64,000 nt of DNA from an uncultured delta proteobacterium (GTDB taxonomy: Bacteria > Myxococcota_A > Polyangia > Fen-1088), in the NCBI GenBank assembly GCA_963767925.1, contig CAVYGB010000009.1, positions 160,001-224,000 of the forward strand, read 5' to 3'. The stretch's first letter is position 1, and the number at the start of each line of letters is the position of its first letter. Below, piece after piece: positions 21,162 through 31,500 of this stretch. A program made the position numbers and the translations under genes. The notes beneath the pieces were generated by a model. That model worked only from the letters and a program-made list of their open reading frames with translations, had not been told where the DNA came from and searched no databases.

Positions 21162-21612
21162 CGTCGACGATTCGTCACCGGGCGCCGGAGCAGTCGAAAG
21201 GCCCGGACTGGCCCGGGTTGTCACAGGCTGACCGGAAACGAGGGCGATCAGGTGCCGTGCGGCCGCCCCTCAAATGGGCTTCTCGCTGGCGCCGGGGCGC
21301 ACGGGTCGTGGAAACTTTTTGGCGTACCACCCCGAAGGATGGGGCATGGGAAACCCGCCCGCTTGGTCACCCGGCCGCTCCTCGACATCAGGGGCCTGAA
21401 CGGTGGACGCGCCAAACTTCGCCCTGAGAGAGTTGTCCTGAGGCGCCGGATCGCCGAACTGCTGGCCACGGTGGGTGCGCCGAGCGCGAGGTGAAGGCCG
21501 GCGGCGCTGTTCGTGGGGCCTAAGCCTGGCCTAAGCCCGCCGAAATCCAACTCCAATGGACCGGCGGTTTCCGCGTTGCCCAGGTGCCCCCGCAGCCAAC
21601 GGCTGGATCCGA

Positions 21613-21984
21613 TCACCTTCCGATCGGCAGACGTCGAACGCGGATGCGAGCCTGATCGAATACCACGATCGCTCCTGCTTGCAGGTCGGCGTCGACAGCC
21701 GAGAGATTCGCCAGCAGGAGCTGGAGCTGACGATCGGGTCGGCGTTCCGTGCCGTGGCGAAAGAGAATCACGGAGGGCAGGGCGATGTCGAGCGTTGCGA
21801 GGAGTGTCCCAAAATCGGTATCCGCGGAGATCACGACGCGTTTTTCGACGGCCGCACGAGTGAGGATCTCCCGGTCGGACGAGGTCTGCATGCCATAGTC
21901 GCGAACATGAACTGCGTCGTGCCCGGCATTGCGCAGGCCCTCGGCGACCGTTGGGGAGAGCGCGTTGTCGACCAGGAATCTCAA
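21613..21984 (-). CDS. DUF5615 PIN-like toxin (VapC45-like)
   Basis: [10 protein letters not shown]...HDAVHV...DREIL...ISADTDFG. Confidence 0.88.
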   Translation of the reverse strand: MRFLVDNALSPTVAEGLRNAGHDAVHVRDYGMQTSSDREILTRAAVEKRVVISADTDFGTLLATLDIALPSVILFRHGTERRPDRQLQLLLANLSAVDADLQAGAIVVFDQARIRVRRLPIGR

Positions 21985-22211
21985 GCCACGGTCTTGAGAG
22001 GAAGCTCGCGCTCCCGCACGGCTTCAGCCGCGTACCGCAGAGCTTCGCCGATGTCGGCGCGCTCCAGGTCTGGGTAGGCGGCGAGGATCTCGTCATGAGT
22101 CATGCCGTCAGCGACCATGGCTACAACCGTCGCCACAGGTATGCGTAGACCGCGGATGCAGGGTTGCCCCCCCATCTGGTCCGGCTGGAGAGTGATCCGT
22201 TCGTACCTCAT
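21981..22211 (-). CDS. DUF433 antitoxin
   Basis: [22 protein letters not shown]...[10 protein letters not shown]; 4-bp overlap with the toxin start. Confidence 0.92.
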   Translation of the reverse strand: MRYERITLQPDQMGGQPCIRGLRIPVATVVAMVADGMTHDEILAAYPDLERADIGEALRYAAEAVRERELPLKTVA

Positions 22212-22384
22212 GACAAGATCCCTATTGTGCCACAGGTCAGCGGTGACCGTCCTGGCGCGCCGCCCAACGATCGGCGATCTTGCCGGTGCATCGGTGTCGA
22301 GCCCGGTTTCGGCTGCCTGGGCGGTGGCACGACCGTGCTGCCTCATGCCGCACGCCGCGCGACGAGAATCACCGGGATTTCCAG

Positions 22385-22417
22385 GGTGTACCTTTGCGGA
22401 TGACCCGGTGGGGTCAC
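22385..22417. other. attR of element 1, also the left junction of a second tandem element
   Basis: GGTGTACCTTTGCGGATGACCC arm plus core CCCGGTGGGGTCAC; followed by a related arm ACGCAAATGTGGAC. Confidence 0.85.
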
Positions 22418-23268
22418 ACGCAAATGTGGACGGCGAGATCTTCGCCGTGCCGGAGATTGCCCACACGCGTCGGCCGCCGGCCTCGGCGGGGGCGAAGCAG
22501 AGGGCGCCGGGCCCGAACAGAGCCTGGAACACCTCCCGCATGCCGGACGGGTCGCCGGCGAGGGCCTGCCTGAGGTCGGCCAGCTTGCTCCGTGCCGAGG
22601 CCTCCACCCGGGCCAGCAGCTCGCCGCGGACATGCGGGGCGCGCTTGGCGGCCGCCAGGTCTCGGTCGATCTGGGCGAGGCGCTCCCCGCGCCTTTTCAG
22701 CTCGACGATCAGCTCCTGAACGTCCGGCACCGCCGCCACTGCCGCGCGTACTTCTTCTGCTCCCCACGCAGGCGTTCGCGTTCGGCTTCGAGGGCGACGA
22801 CGTCCGACGGTTCCGCGGCCGCCCGCTCGACCTCCACCCGGATCTCGCGGAGTACCTGGCCGACCACGGCCTCGGTGAGGATGGTCGAACGGATGTAGTC
22901 GACGAGCGCGCCCTCGATCTCGGCGACAGGCTGGCAGAGGGTCACGGGGCAGACCGCCGAACCGCGGCGATGGTGAAAGCCACAGCCGTAGCCCTTGATG
23001 TGGCCTCGGCTGTCTCTCGTGTTCCGGACAACCATGCGACCGCCGCAATGGGCACAGGTGCCGATGCCGGCCAGGGGATGCTTCGAGGCCCGGCCGGCGG
23101 CGTAGTATGCGGCGCCCGGCTCGCTTCCTGCCCGCGGGCGTCCCGCTGGCGCTCGTTCCGGTATCCGAAACAGCGACCGCCGGCGACATGCCCCGCCCTC
23201 ACGCGCGCGCGGATGCCTTCGCGGGTCCGGGAACGAATCGCCTCCAGCTCCAACTGGGCGCCGACCCC
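22407..23268 (-). pseudogene. Decayed second large serine recombinase, paralogous to the first
   Basis: QGVGAQLELEAIRSRTRE...GGRCFGYRNER; YGCGFHHRRGSAVCPVTLCQPV; RRVWAISGTAK; lacks the catalytic N-terminus, has a large internal deletion near 23120 and a frameshift near 22740. Confidence 0.85.
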
Positions 23269-23274
23269 CTGGTC

Positions 23275-23655
23275 GACCTCCGGCATACCGGCCTGAGCTG
23301 GATGATCCGAAAGAAGGGCATCACGAAGGCCGCGCTCGACTTCGCCGGTCACAGCGCGCCGGCGATGATGGCGAAGATCTATGGGCACGCGTTGCCCCTC
23401 CAGCTCAGCGAGGTCGTGGATGACTTGGAGTCGATCGAGAACGAGCCCGAGGCGCCGGTAGATCTGAACCGAGCGTTACCTGTCGAGGGGCCTGGCCCAG
23501 CGCTCTCGTACCCCGATGCGGAGCCCGGCTTTCCGACGGCGACACCGGTCGCGGAGGATGCCTCGGGCCGCGGCTCCCGCGCTGGCGGTGAGAGCCAGGT
23601 GGCGCCCCGGGCGGCGCGAGGGGCGCCGGCCCCTCCGGTGCGCTCTTGTCGGTGA
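23275..23655 (+). pseudogene. C-terminal fragment of a tyrosine recombinase
   Basis: DLRHTGLSW...FAGHSAPAMMAKIYGH matches box II HxLRH...GH...Y. Confidence 0.7.
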
Positions 23656-24190
23656 GGCGCTGGCGAGACTGGAGGGCGACCCGCGCGCCGCCGCCAGCCC
23701 CCGCGGATTTTCCGTCTGGCGGGTGGCGCTCGAAAGACGCCGGCGAGGGCAGGGCGGCAGGCCGACTTGAAAGGGCCGGGCCCGGGCGAGGCACTCCCGC
23801 TCGCATCGGCCAGGTGGCGCCCGGCCGGCGCGTTCCCCGGGGGGGGCTCCGTCGGGGACGGCGGTGGCGAGCTGGAGGCCCGGGAGACCCGCGTGCGCCC
23901 CGCCAGCACCCCGGGATTTTCCCCGCTGGCGGCGGCCCTTGAAAAACGCCCCGGCGAGGGCAGGGGCAGGCCCCACTTGAAAGACCGGGCCCGGGCGAGG
24001 CCCGCTCGCATCGGCCAGGGTGGCGCCCGGGCGGCCCGCGCGGGGGTGCGCCTGCGCCGCGGAGCCCTTCTCCGTCGGGGACGGCGGTGCCGAGCTGGAG
24101 GCCGGAAGAGACCCCGCGCGCGCCCGGGGATTTTCCCGCTGGCGGTGGCCGCTTGAAAAACGCCGGGGCAGGTCCAGCGGTGGCGCTTGA
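23570..24190. repeat. About three imperfect tandem copies of a ~205-215-bp unit
   Basis: GGATTTTCC at ~23705, ~23914 and ~24128; GCCAGG(G)TGGCGCC at ~23594, ~23809 and ~24014; CTCCGTCGGGGACGGCGGTG at ~23847 and ~24070. Confidence 0.8.
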
Positions 24191-24192
24191 AA

Positions 24193-24515
24193 AAAATTGA
24201 GAGTGTGAGGGGAGATCAAAGAGCATCGGGTATCCACGCCAGGTCTTCTCAAGGAGCCGCGTGAGGAGGTCATCCAGGGTCTTGGGGTACTTAGGCGAGA
24301 GCAGGCGATCGAATTTACGGGCCCGAGCTAGAAGGTCCGGGGGGACGTCGAAACCAGCCACGATGGCGAGAAACTCTTCCAGCCGAGTGGGATCACGAAG
24401 GTCGATGATCCTCTCGACGGTGCCGCTGACCGAGAGATAGGTTACCGATTCTCTCTCTGTTAGGGCGATTTCCTCTCTGCTCAGGCCGGTTGGCTCTTCG
24501 AGCTTGTACCCGTAG
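24193..24515 (-). pseudogene. Internal fragment of a probable RES-domain protein
   Basis: Lower-GC frame EEIALTERESVTYLSVSGTVERIIDL...WRGYPMLFDLPSHSQ, cut at the repeat array; family recalled by eye. Confidence 0.5.
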
Positions 24516-24990
24516 GAGGCAAACCGCCACAGGAGTCCGAGACCTCGATCAGAAGGCGCCCCTCGTGTCGCCGCCCGGAGACCCTGACGCGTCCCTCGAG
24601 AGGGGTAAACTTGATTGCGTTCAAAAGCAGGTTCGTGACCGCTGAGCGCAGCAGCCGAGGGTCGGCCTCGAGAACCAGATCCTCAGGAACAGAGAGCTGA
24701 ATCTCGATGTCTTTGATCTGGGCCTCGCCGGCCGAGTCCAGTCGGATCTCTTCCAGGAAGTCCCGTACACGGAGCGCTTCGGGTCGGACCGTAACCCCCA
24801 GCTTCAGCGAAGCGTGGGTCAACGTGGTATCAATCATGTCGGCGGTGCGTTTGAGATTCCTTTCGAGGAGATCGACTGCCCGCCCGCCCTGGGAGAGCTC
24901 CTGCAATCGCAAGCGGTGCAGGGCCAACCGCGCGGCCGATATAGGGTCGCGTAGCTCATGCGCAATGAACCCGAGGTGCTCGGACGCCTG
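24516..24990 (-). pseudogene. Histidine kinase fragment (HisKA + partial HATPase)
   Basis: GFIAHELRDP, NLLLNAIKFT, VSDSCGGLP; ends before the G2 box. Confidence 0.75.
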
Positions 24991-25267
24991 ACGCTGGATC
25001 TCCAGGTTCCTTTCGAGGGCATACTGGGAGACTGTCTGGGCGATCCCGGTTGGTGCGCGACTGCGGGTGCTCGATGGTGCCGACGACCACGTCGCTCAGC
25101 GAAGGATGCCCGGTGTTGCCGGGACCCGGACCATCCGGGGCTCGGGACGGTCGATCGGTGTTCACGTCGGATCATCGAACGGTGCGCGGGCAGAATTGCT
25201 CCCTCCCCCGGCGCGATGGCCGCGCCGGGGTGGGGAGGGGACACGATGCCCAGGAGGTTCCGGGCGG

Positions 25268-28200
25268 CTACATCTGGATGGGGAGCTCGTTGCCGGCGTT
25301 GGCGGGCAGGTGCGAGAGGCCGAAGTGGCCGGAGGCCACGTAGATGTCCTGGTCGAACACCTCGATGTGGGTGGCGAAGCCGAGGGTGCGCAGGAAGCGC
25401 AGGCCCCTGGGCGCCTGGGGGTTGGACACGTCCACCACCAGGATGCCGTCGCCCCCGCCCGAGCCGCCGTAATACCCGCCGTTGCCGGCGAGGTTGATGA
25501 ACAGCTTGCCCTTGTCGGTCCCCATGAGCTGGATGTTGTACATCCGGGTGGCCTGGTCGTAGGCGGGGGTCAGCCGGGCGCTCGACAGGTCGAAGATCAT
25601 CAACCGGTCCGAGGTGGTCTCCCAGGTCGGCTCGGCGGCGAGCGCCTGGGGGCGCGGTCCCACCGGCGCCGTCGGGAGGGGCGGCGGGGTGGCCACGCCG
25701 ACACCGGGGAAGCCCCAGTAGTAGTTCTTCTGGGGCCGCCCGTTGATGAACAGGCGGTCGCCGTCGACGAGGAGGGCGGCGGGGTAGAGGTCGGTGAGCA
25801 CCCGGGCGTCGCGCAGCTCGGCCGCCGGCTGGCCCCCCACCGTCGCCTCGCGCAGCAGCGACAGGCGGTAGTCGCTGACCCAGCGCTTGTTCTGGTCCTC
25901 GGTGAGGATGCGGTAGTTGCTGTCCTGGGCGAGGAACATCCGCTCGCCGGCCCCGCTGCGCCAGGTGCGGATCAGCCGCCCCGGCGTGTTGATGTCATGG
26001 ACGGCGGCCCAGCCGGCGCCCTCGGGCTCCCAGCGCTGGGCGAAGTACTTGTAGCGGGTGTAGGTGACCCCGTCGGGCGTGCGGGTCTCGCCGATGCGCT
26101 TGCGGGTGCTGACGTAGAAGCCGGCCGGCTCGGCCGGGTCGGCCACCACGCCGAACGAGCCCCACTCGTACCCGTCGGGCAGCTTCTCCTCGCTGGCGGC
26201 GGGGGCGTCGGGGTCGCGCACGTCGAGGAACAGCAGCTTGCTGGTCATGCTCGACTGGCCGTTTTCGTAGCGCCACTCCGAGACGTAGAAGGCGAACCCG
26301 CGTTCGGTCATGGCGAAGTTGGCGACGTTGTCGAACCAGAAGCCGCCCCAGTAGGCCCCCATCCCGCACCAGTAGGGATAGTAGGGCACCGCCAGGGTGG
26401 GCAGCTCGACCTTGCCCGCCATCCGCGGGCTGGCCGGATCCCGCAGGTCGACGACAAGCGCCTCGCTGGTGGGGGGCACGTAGACGCCCGTGCGGGGGTC
26501 GATGCTCTGCTTCTGGCGGAACAGCACCAGGCTCCGGTCGTGCTTGAGCACCCGGTAGACCTGGCCCGCCTCGAAGGTGGCCAGGACAGGCGCGTTCTCC
26601 AGGTCACCCCCGGCGAGCTTGACCCGGAAGCTGGCCAGCTCCTGCCCGGGACCCCGGCCGGCGTTGGGCTTGCCCTGCACCTGCTCGACCAGGTGATCGC
26701 CGAAGCGGTAGATCTGGTTGTAGTAGGGGGCGAGCTCGATCTCCGACTCCAGGGTGGGGTTCTGCAGGTCCTGGATGTTGGCGATCGAGATGTGGGTGTC
26801 CGACAGGTTGACCATCATGCGGGCGGGGGCCGCCCCCTGGTGGGTGAAGACCACCGAGCGCTTCACCTCGCCGTGGGGGTGCACGAAGGTGCCGTAGTTG
26901 GCGATGACGTTCTGCTGGGTGGCGGGGCGGTTGGCGACGTAGCGGGTGAGGTCCCAGGTCATCAGCCCCACCGCGGTCTGCCACTGGTACCACCACCAGT
27001 CGCCGGCCGAGTCCATCCGCTTTGTGTAGTGGATGGGGACGGTGATGACGTTGAGCGAGCCGTCGGCGTGCATGCCGAGCATCTTGTGGGCCTGGTCGAG
27101 GTTGCTTGTCACGCCCGAGCCGATCCACTCGGCGTTCTTGACCGCCACGCACTGCCGCTGCACCAGCTTGATGGCGGCCAGGTCCTGCACGTCGATCAGG
27201 CTGACCGCGATCTTGGTGGGGCTCAGCCCCTCGTTGCCCTGCAAGCCGGCGCAGGTGGTGCTGTTGTCCTGCCCCACCGCCAGCAGGAACTTCTTGTCCC
27301 CCACCAGGCGGAACACGCTCATCTCGCCCGAGAGGCCGTCGATCTCCGAGGCCACCCGCAGGTTCCGGGGATTGGCGAAGCTGATGGCGTAGAGCGGGTC
27401 GATGCGCTGGGCGGTGATGGCGTAGACCACCTTGCGGTCGGCGTCGTAGGCGCTGGCCCGCACCACCTCGTTGCGCTTGCCGAAGTCGAGGCTGTCGAGC
27501 TTCTCGGGCTGGCCCCGCAGGCTGACGTCCCAGGACTCGAGCGTGTTGGCGGTGTAAGAGCTGCCCCTGGCAGCCGGACGACTCCCAGACCTGGCGGGCG
27601 AAGATGCCGTAGAAGGTGCCGGTGTTGCTGACCGGGTCATCGACGTAGGTCATCTTGAACTGGTCGTCGAGGTTGCCCCCGGTCTCGAAGCGAGCGTGGA
27701 GCTGGATGTCGCCGTTGGGGTTGCTGATGTCGATCAGCGAGACCCGGGCGAACTGGTTGTTGTTGTAGCTGCCGCAGCCGCCGAAGCCACCGGGCTGGGA
27801 CGGGCCGCGGGAGGAGGCCCAGACGTTCCAGTTCTCCACCACCATGAGGGCGTTGGCGGTGGCGGAGATGGCCACGCTCTCGAAGCGGCGCTCGTAGCTG
27901 TTGCCCTGCATGTCGCTGATGCTGAGGCTGCCGCCCTCGAAGACCTTCAGCTCGCCCACCTGGCGCGGGTTCTGGGCGTCGGCGACGTTGAAGGAGTAGA
28001 CGGTGGCCTGCTCCTTCTGCTGCTGGCCGGGCTCGGGCCGCCAGCCCCAGTAATACGACTGCGAGACGTAGGAGACGACGTAGATGGTGTTCTCCACCTT
28101 GCGCGAGACGCCCTCGCGCAGCTCACCCACGATGTCGATGGTCCTGAGCAGCTTGGGGTTGCGCAGGTCGGAGACGTCGATGGTCACGAGCTGCGAGACG

Positions 28201-28835
28201 TTGTGCCGCTCGAACTGCAGGTTGCCGCCCACCTGGCTCAGGTAGAGGGAGTCGCGCAGCAGGGCGTAGACGGTGTTGCCCGAGACGAACATCTCGACCG
28301 GGTAGCCGAACACGGGCAGCCGCCCCAGCCGCTGCGGCTTCTTGGGGTCGGTGAGGTCGTAGGTGACGAAGCCGCGGTAGGTGTTCAGGTAAAACAGGCG
28401 GTTCTGGTCGACCTTGTAGATGTCGCCCTCTTGCACCTCGCCGGTGCGGCCGCTGGGGGGCATGCCCGCCGCGGGGTTGCCGCCGGGGGCCTGGCCCGCC
28501 GGTGGGGGCGCGGCGGGGGCGGGGGCCGGGGCCGACGTCGGGGGCGGGGCGCTGCCGGGGGCGCCGGTCTCGGGACGGCCGGCGCCGCCGGGGCCCTCTT
28601 CGGTCGTGAAGTCGGTCTGCCCGGGCCTGGGCAGCGGCATGGTGCTGCCCGGGTTGGGCGCGCCGGGGTTGGGCGTGGGGTCGGGTCTGCCGGGACCCGT
28701 CACACCGGGACCGGGGCCGCCGGGCCCGATCGGAGCGGGGTCCCCCGCGCGCGGGCCGGCGCCGTCATCGTCGCACGCGGCCACGAGCAGCGCGGAAGCC
28801 AGTAGAAACAGTATGCGGTCCGGCGACTTGACCAT
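25268..28835 (-). CDS. Large secreted beta-propeller-domain lipoprotein, frameshift at the C4 run ~27564-27567
   Basis: LLVAAC lipobox, Pro-rich linker, VQEGDIYK, repeated D(L/V)S(D/N)P.P blades, IDPLYAI; removing one base joins ORFs 26604..29012 and 25268..27640 (CQGSSYTANT). Confidence 0.8.
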
Positions 28836-29078
28836 TGACGATACCTCCGACGGGGCGGTGAGCAAGAGGCGTGCCCCTCGGTGGGGCCCGTGGCCACAGG
28901 CTCGCACGTCCGGAACCGGCGGGGATCTGAAGAAGGGCGGGCAGCGATGTCGCGATCGCGTCGTGTCGAACCGCGCGCGCCGGGCCAGGTCGCGCGGGGC
29001 ACGGCACGTCACGGGCCGTGACTCCGAAAGTCACGCCCCCTGTTCAGGTAGCGAAAACCTGAAAGGAGCGATTGTCCC

Positions 29079-29480
29079 ATGTTCATTTCATCTCGCGCGT
29101 TGCTCGCCCCGGCGGTCCTCGGCCTGGCGCTGGTCTCCGGATGCGGGGCGGCCACCTCGCAGGTGCGGGGGGGGCGCGCGGCCCAGGCCCCATACTCGGA
29201 GGAGGTCCTCACCGATCCGATGGCGCGGCTGCAGGCCATGCAGCAGATGCGGACGCAGATCCTCCGCAAGACCGGCCGGATCGAGGAGGCGCGCTTCGCC
29301 GGGTCGGTGCGCCCCAGCCTCGCCGGCCAGCTCGTGCGCGCCGGCTTCACCGCCACCGAGGCCGAACACGTCCTGGCCTGGGTCGACGAGGCCCGCGCCG
29401 ACCACGCCCGCGTCTCCGCCTGGTGGTCCTCGCTGACGACCGAAGCTCCCACCCCCTCTCTCACCCACTCCATGCGCTAG
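29079..29480 (+). CDS. Hypothetical lipoprotein
   Basis: AAGGAG RBS; LALVSGC lipobox. Confidence 0.65.
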   Translation: MFISSRALLAPAVLGLALVSGCGAATSQVRGGRAAQAPYSEEVLTDPMARLQAMQQMRTQILRKTGRIEEARFAGSVRPSLAGQLVRAGFTATEAEHVLAWVDEARADHARVSAWWSSLTTEAPTPSLTHSMR

Positions 29481-29545
29481 CCACCCGACCATCACCTTCC
29501 CCCGCGGTCTGCTGCGCATCGGGGCCTGCCGTGAATCATTCCTCC

Positions 29546-29606
29546 ATCACCTCTCCCCGCGTCCGCCGTGGGGAGAGGTCGGCGCGTCTCCGCGCCGGGT
29601 GAGGGG
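29546..29606. repeat. REP-like palindromic repeat between convergent genes
   Basis: CCTCTCCCC...GGGGAGAGG hairpin plus CGGCGCG...CGCGCCG hairpin, then GGTGAGGGG. Confidence 0.75.
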
Positions 29607-29633
29607 CGGTCGCCCGGGCCGGAGCGCCCCGAC

Positions 29634-30683
29634 TCAAGGCAGGGCAGGCAGCAGATCGATCTTCGTCAGCGCCGTCAAGCTGGCGGCGAGCGCGGCGAAG
29701 GTCCAGAACACGCCGCGGTCTCCGGTCTCGGGCGCGCCCTTGCCGGCGGCGCGGGCGGTGGCGGCGATCGCCACTATCACGAGCAGGCCGTCGCTCGCCA
29801 GCAGGGCCAGCGCCCAGAGCAGCCCCGCGATCCAGGCCCGCTGCCGCCGGGACAGGGCGGCGAAGGCGCGGCCGCCGTCGAGCTGCCAGACCGGGAGCAG
29901 GTTGAACAGGTTGACCCAGGCCCCCACCCGCGCGGTGGCCAGCCAGCTCGGCCAGTCCCCCAGCAGCCCGCCGAGCAGGAAGGCGAGGGCGGCGCCGAGC
30001 CCCCAGATCGGTCCCGCCAGCCCCACCCGCGCGTCCTCGCCGGTGGTGGCGGGGTGCTGCTTGAGGCGCACGAAGGCCCCCACGCCCGGGATGAACATCG
30101 GCGCGCTCGCGGCGATGCCGTAGCGGCGCAGCCAGGCCACGTGGCCCATCTCGTGGATGTAGAGCGAGACGATCAGCCCGACCGCGAACTTCCACCCGTA
30201 GATGGAGGTGTAGGCGCCGATGGAGACCGCCATCGACAGGAAGGTCTTGCCCTTGGCCAGGCCGAGCAGCAGCAGCTTGCCCTTGCCGAGCAGGAAGGCG
30301 ATCACCCACTTGAACTTGAGCAGCAGCAGCCCGACCACCACCAGCGGCGCCAGCCAGCGGTAGCGGCGGCGCAGCGAGGCCCAGCGTCCTTCCCCCGGGA
30401 CGGCGGCCGGGGCGCTGGCGCTCCCGGGCGCCCCCGCGCGGGTGAGGGCGTCGCTCAGCCGGGCCACCGTCTCGCCGATGCGCTGGTGCTGGACCGAGCC
30501 GCCAGGCAGCAGATCCAGCGCCCGGCGCCAGTCGGCGAGGGCGGCGGTCGCGTTGCCCGCCTGCTCCGCCGCGGTCGCCTGGGCCGCCAGGCCCTTGAGC
30601 GCCTCGGCGTGCACCAGCCGGTTGCACGACGGGCAGACCAGGAACGTCGGCGGCAGCTCGCTGCCACAGCCCGGGCAGCTCAC
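29634..30683 (-). CDS. Site-2 protease (M50) with N-terminal Zn ribbon/TPR-like region
   Basis: CPGC...CPSC; HEMGH; LAGP; NLFNLLPVWQLDGGR; GTG start overlaps the upstream stop. Confidence 0.9.
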   Translation of the reverse strand: MSCPGCGSELPPTFLVCPSCNRLVHAEALKGLAAQATAAEQAGNATAALADWRRALDLLPGGSVQHQRIGETVARLSDALTRAGAPGSASAPAAVPGEGRWASLRRRYRWLAPLVVVGLLLLKFKWVIAFLLGKGKLLLLGLAKGKTFLSMAVSIGAYTSIYGWKFAVGLIVSLYIHEMGHVAWLRRYGIAASAPMFIPGVGAFVRLKQHPATTGEDARVGLAGPIWGLGAALAFLLGGLLGDWPSWLATARVGAWVNLFNLLPVWQLDGGRAFAALSRRQRAWIAGLLWALALLASDGLLVIVAIAATARAAGKGAPETGDRGVFWTFAALAASLTALTKIDLLPALP

Positions 30684-31351
30684 GCCGGCGGCGATCCCCC
30701 GGCTGCTGCCGGAGCGGGAGCGGGCGCGGCCTGCAGGCGGAAGGGGCCGCTCAGGACGAGGCGCTTGTTGAGCTTCCAGGCCTCGTACAGCGCCACGCCG
30801 ATGATGAAGATCCCGAGGATGTTCTTCACTCCGGCGAGGAAAGGCCCGGCCAGCGCCAGCCCCAGGACCAGCCCGAGCGCCAGCGTCGGGTCTCCGGGAC
30901 CAGCCCTCAGCCCCTCGAGCACCAGCGGCACGTAGCTGGCGGTGATCGAGAGGTAGGTCAGGGCCATGGCGATCGCCTGGAACCTCCAGCCGCCGGCGCC
31001 GTCCGAGCCCCTCCGCACCGCGTACCCCACGAGGTACCCGACGGCGATGGCGACGATCCCCAGCTCGAGCCCGGTGATCTTCATGATCAGCCACCAGACC
31101 AGGGTCCCCAGCAGCGCCGCCCCGAGGCCGTAGCCGATCGCCCGCAGGACGGCCAGCTTGCTCGCGCCCGCCCCCGACACCCGGTCGGCGCAGGCCGGGC
31201 AAACCACCATGTCCCCGGCCGCGAAGTATTCGAGCGCGATGTTCTGGCCGCACGAACCGCAAGCCCGGGTGGCCCGCGGCTGCTCGAACTCCGCCTTGTC
31301 GAACTGCAGGTTGTCCGGCGCGGCTGGCGGCGGAGCGCCCGAGGAGTCCAT
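30680..31351 (-). CDS. Membrane protein with Zn-ribbon N-terminus
   Basis: CGSC...CPAC followed by about 5 hydrophobic segments. Confidence 0.75.
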   Translation of the reverse strand: MDSSGAPPPAAPDNLQFDKAEFEQPRATRACGSCGQNIALEYFAAGDMVVCPACADRVSGAGASKLAVLRAIGYGLGAALLGTLVWWLIMKITGLELGIVAIAVGYLVGYAVRRGSDGAGGWRFQAIAMALTYLSITASYVPLVLEGLRAGPGDPTLALGLVLGLALAGPFLAGVKNILGIFIIGVALYEAWKLNKRLVLSGPFRLQAAPAPAPAAAGGSPPA

Positions 31352-31500
31352 GGCGGGATCGTAGGAGAACGCGTCGGGTCAATCAATGTACGCGTCCTGG
31401 ACCAACCACACCGCTGTCGGTCCCGCTCCCCACCTCGGGGCGGGCAACCGCCGCCGAGAGGTCGATCTCCCGGGGGCGGGACGCGGTGGCGCAGGATCGA

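Larger units (their letters stand above)
13738..22417. mobile_element. ~8.7-kb integrative element inserted at the tRNA-Glu 3' end by a large serine recombinase
   Basis: 14-bp direct repeat CCCGGTGGGGTCAC at 13738-13751 and 22404-22417; adjacent recombinase gene; inverted att arms; accessory cargo including a TA pair. Confidence 0.88.

Noticed and set aside
21165..21610. Short ORFs and a CCTAAGCC duplication
   Set aside because: No recognisable motif; too short to support a call.
13738..22417. Prophage or ICE
   Set aside because: No structural, replication, relaxase or conjugation genes are visible; only an integrative island can be supported.
21981..23189. 402-aa ORF as a recombinase-DUF433 fusion
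   Set aside because: Chance read-through across attR; DUF433 has its own ATG at 22211.
23570..24190. Possible CRISPR array
   Set aside because: Units are ~210 bp and similar along their length, with no short identical repeats plus unique spacers; no cas genes in the window.
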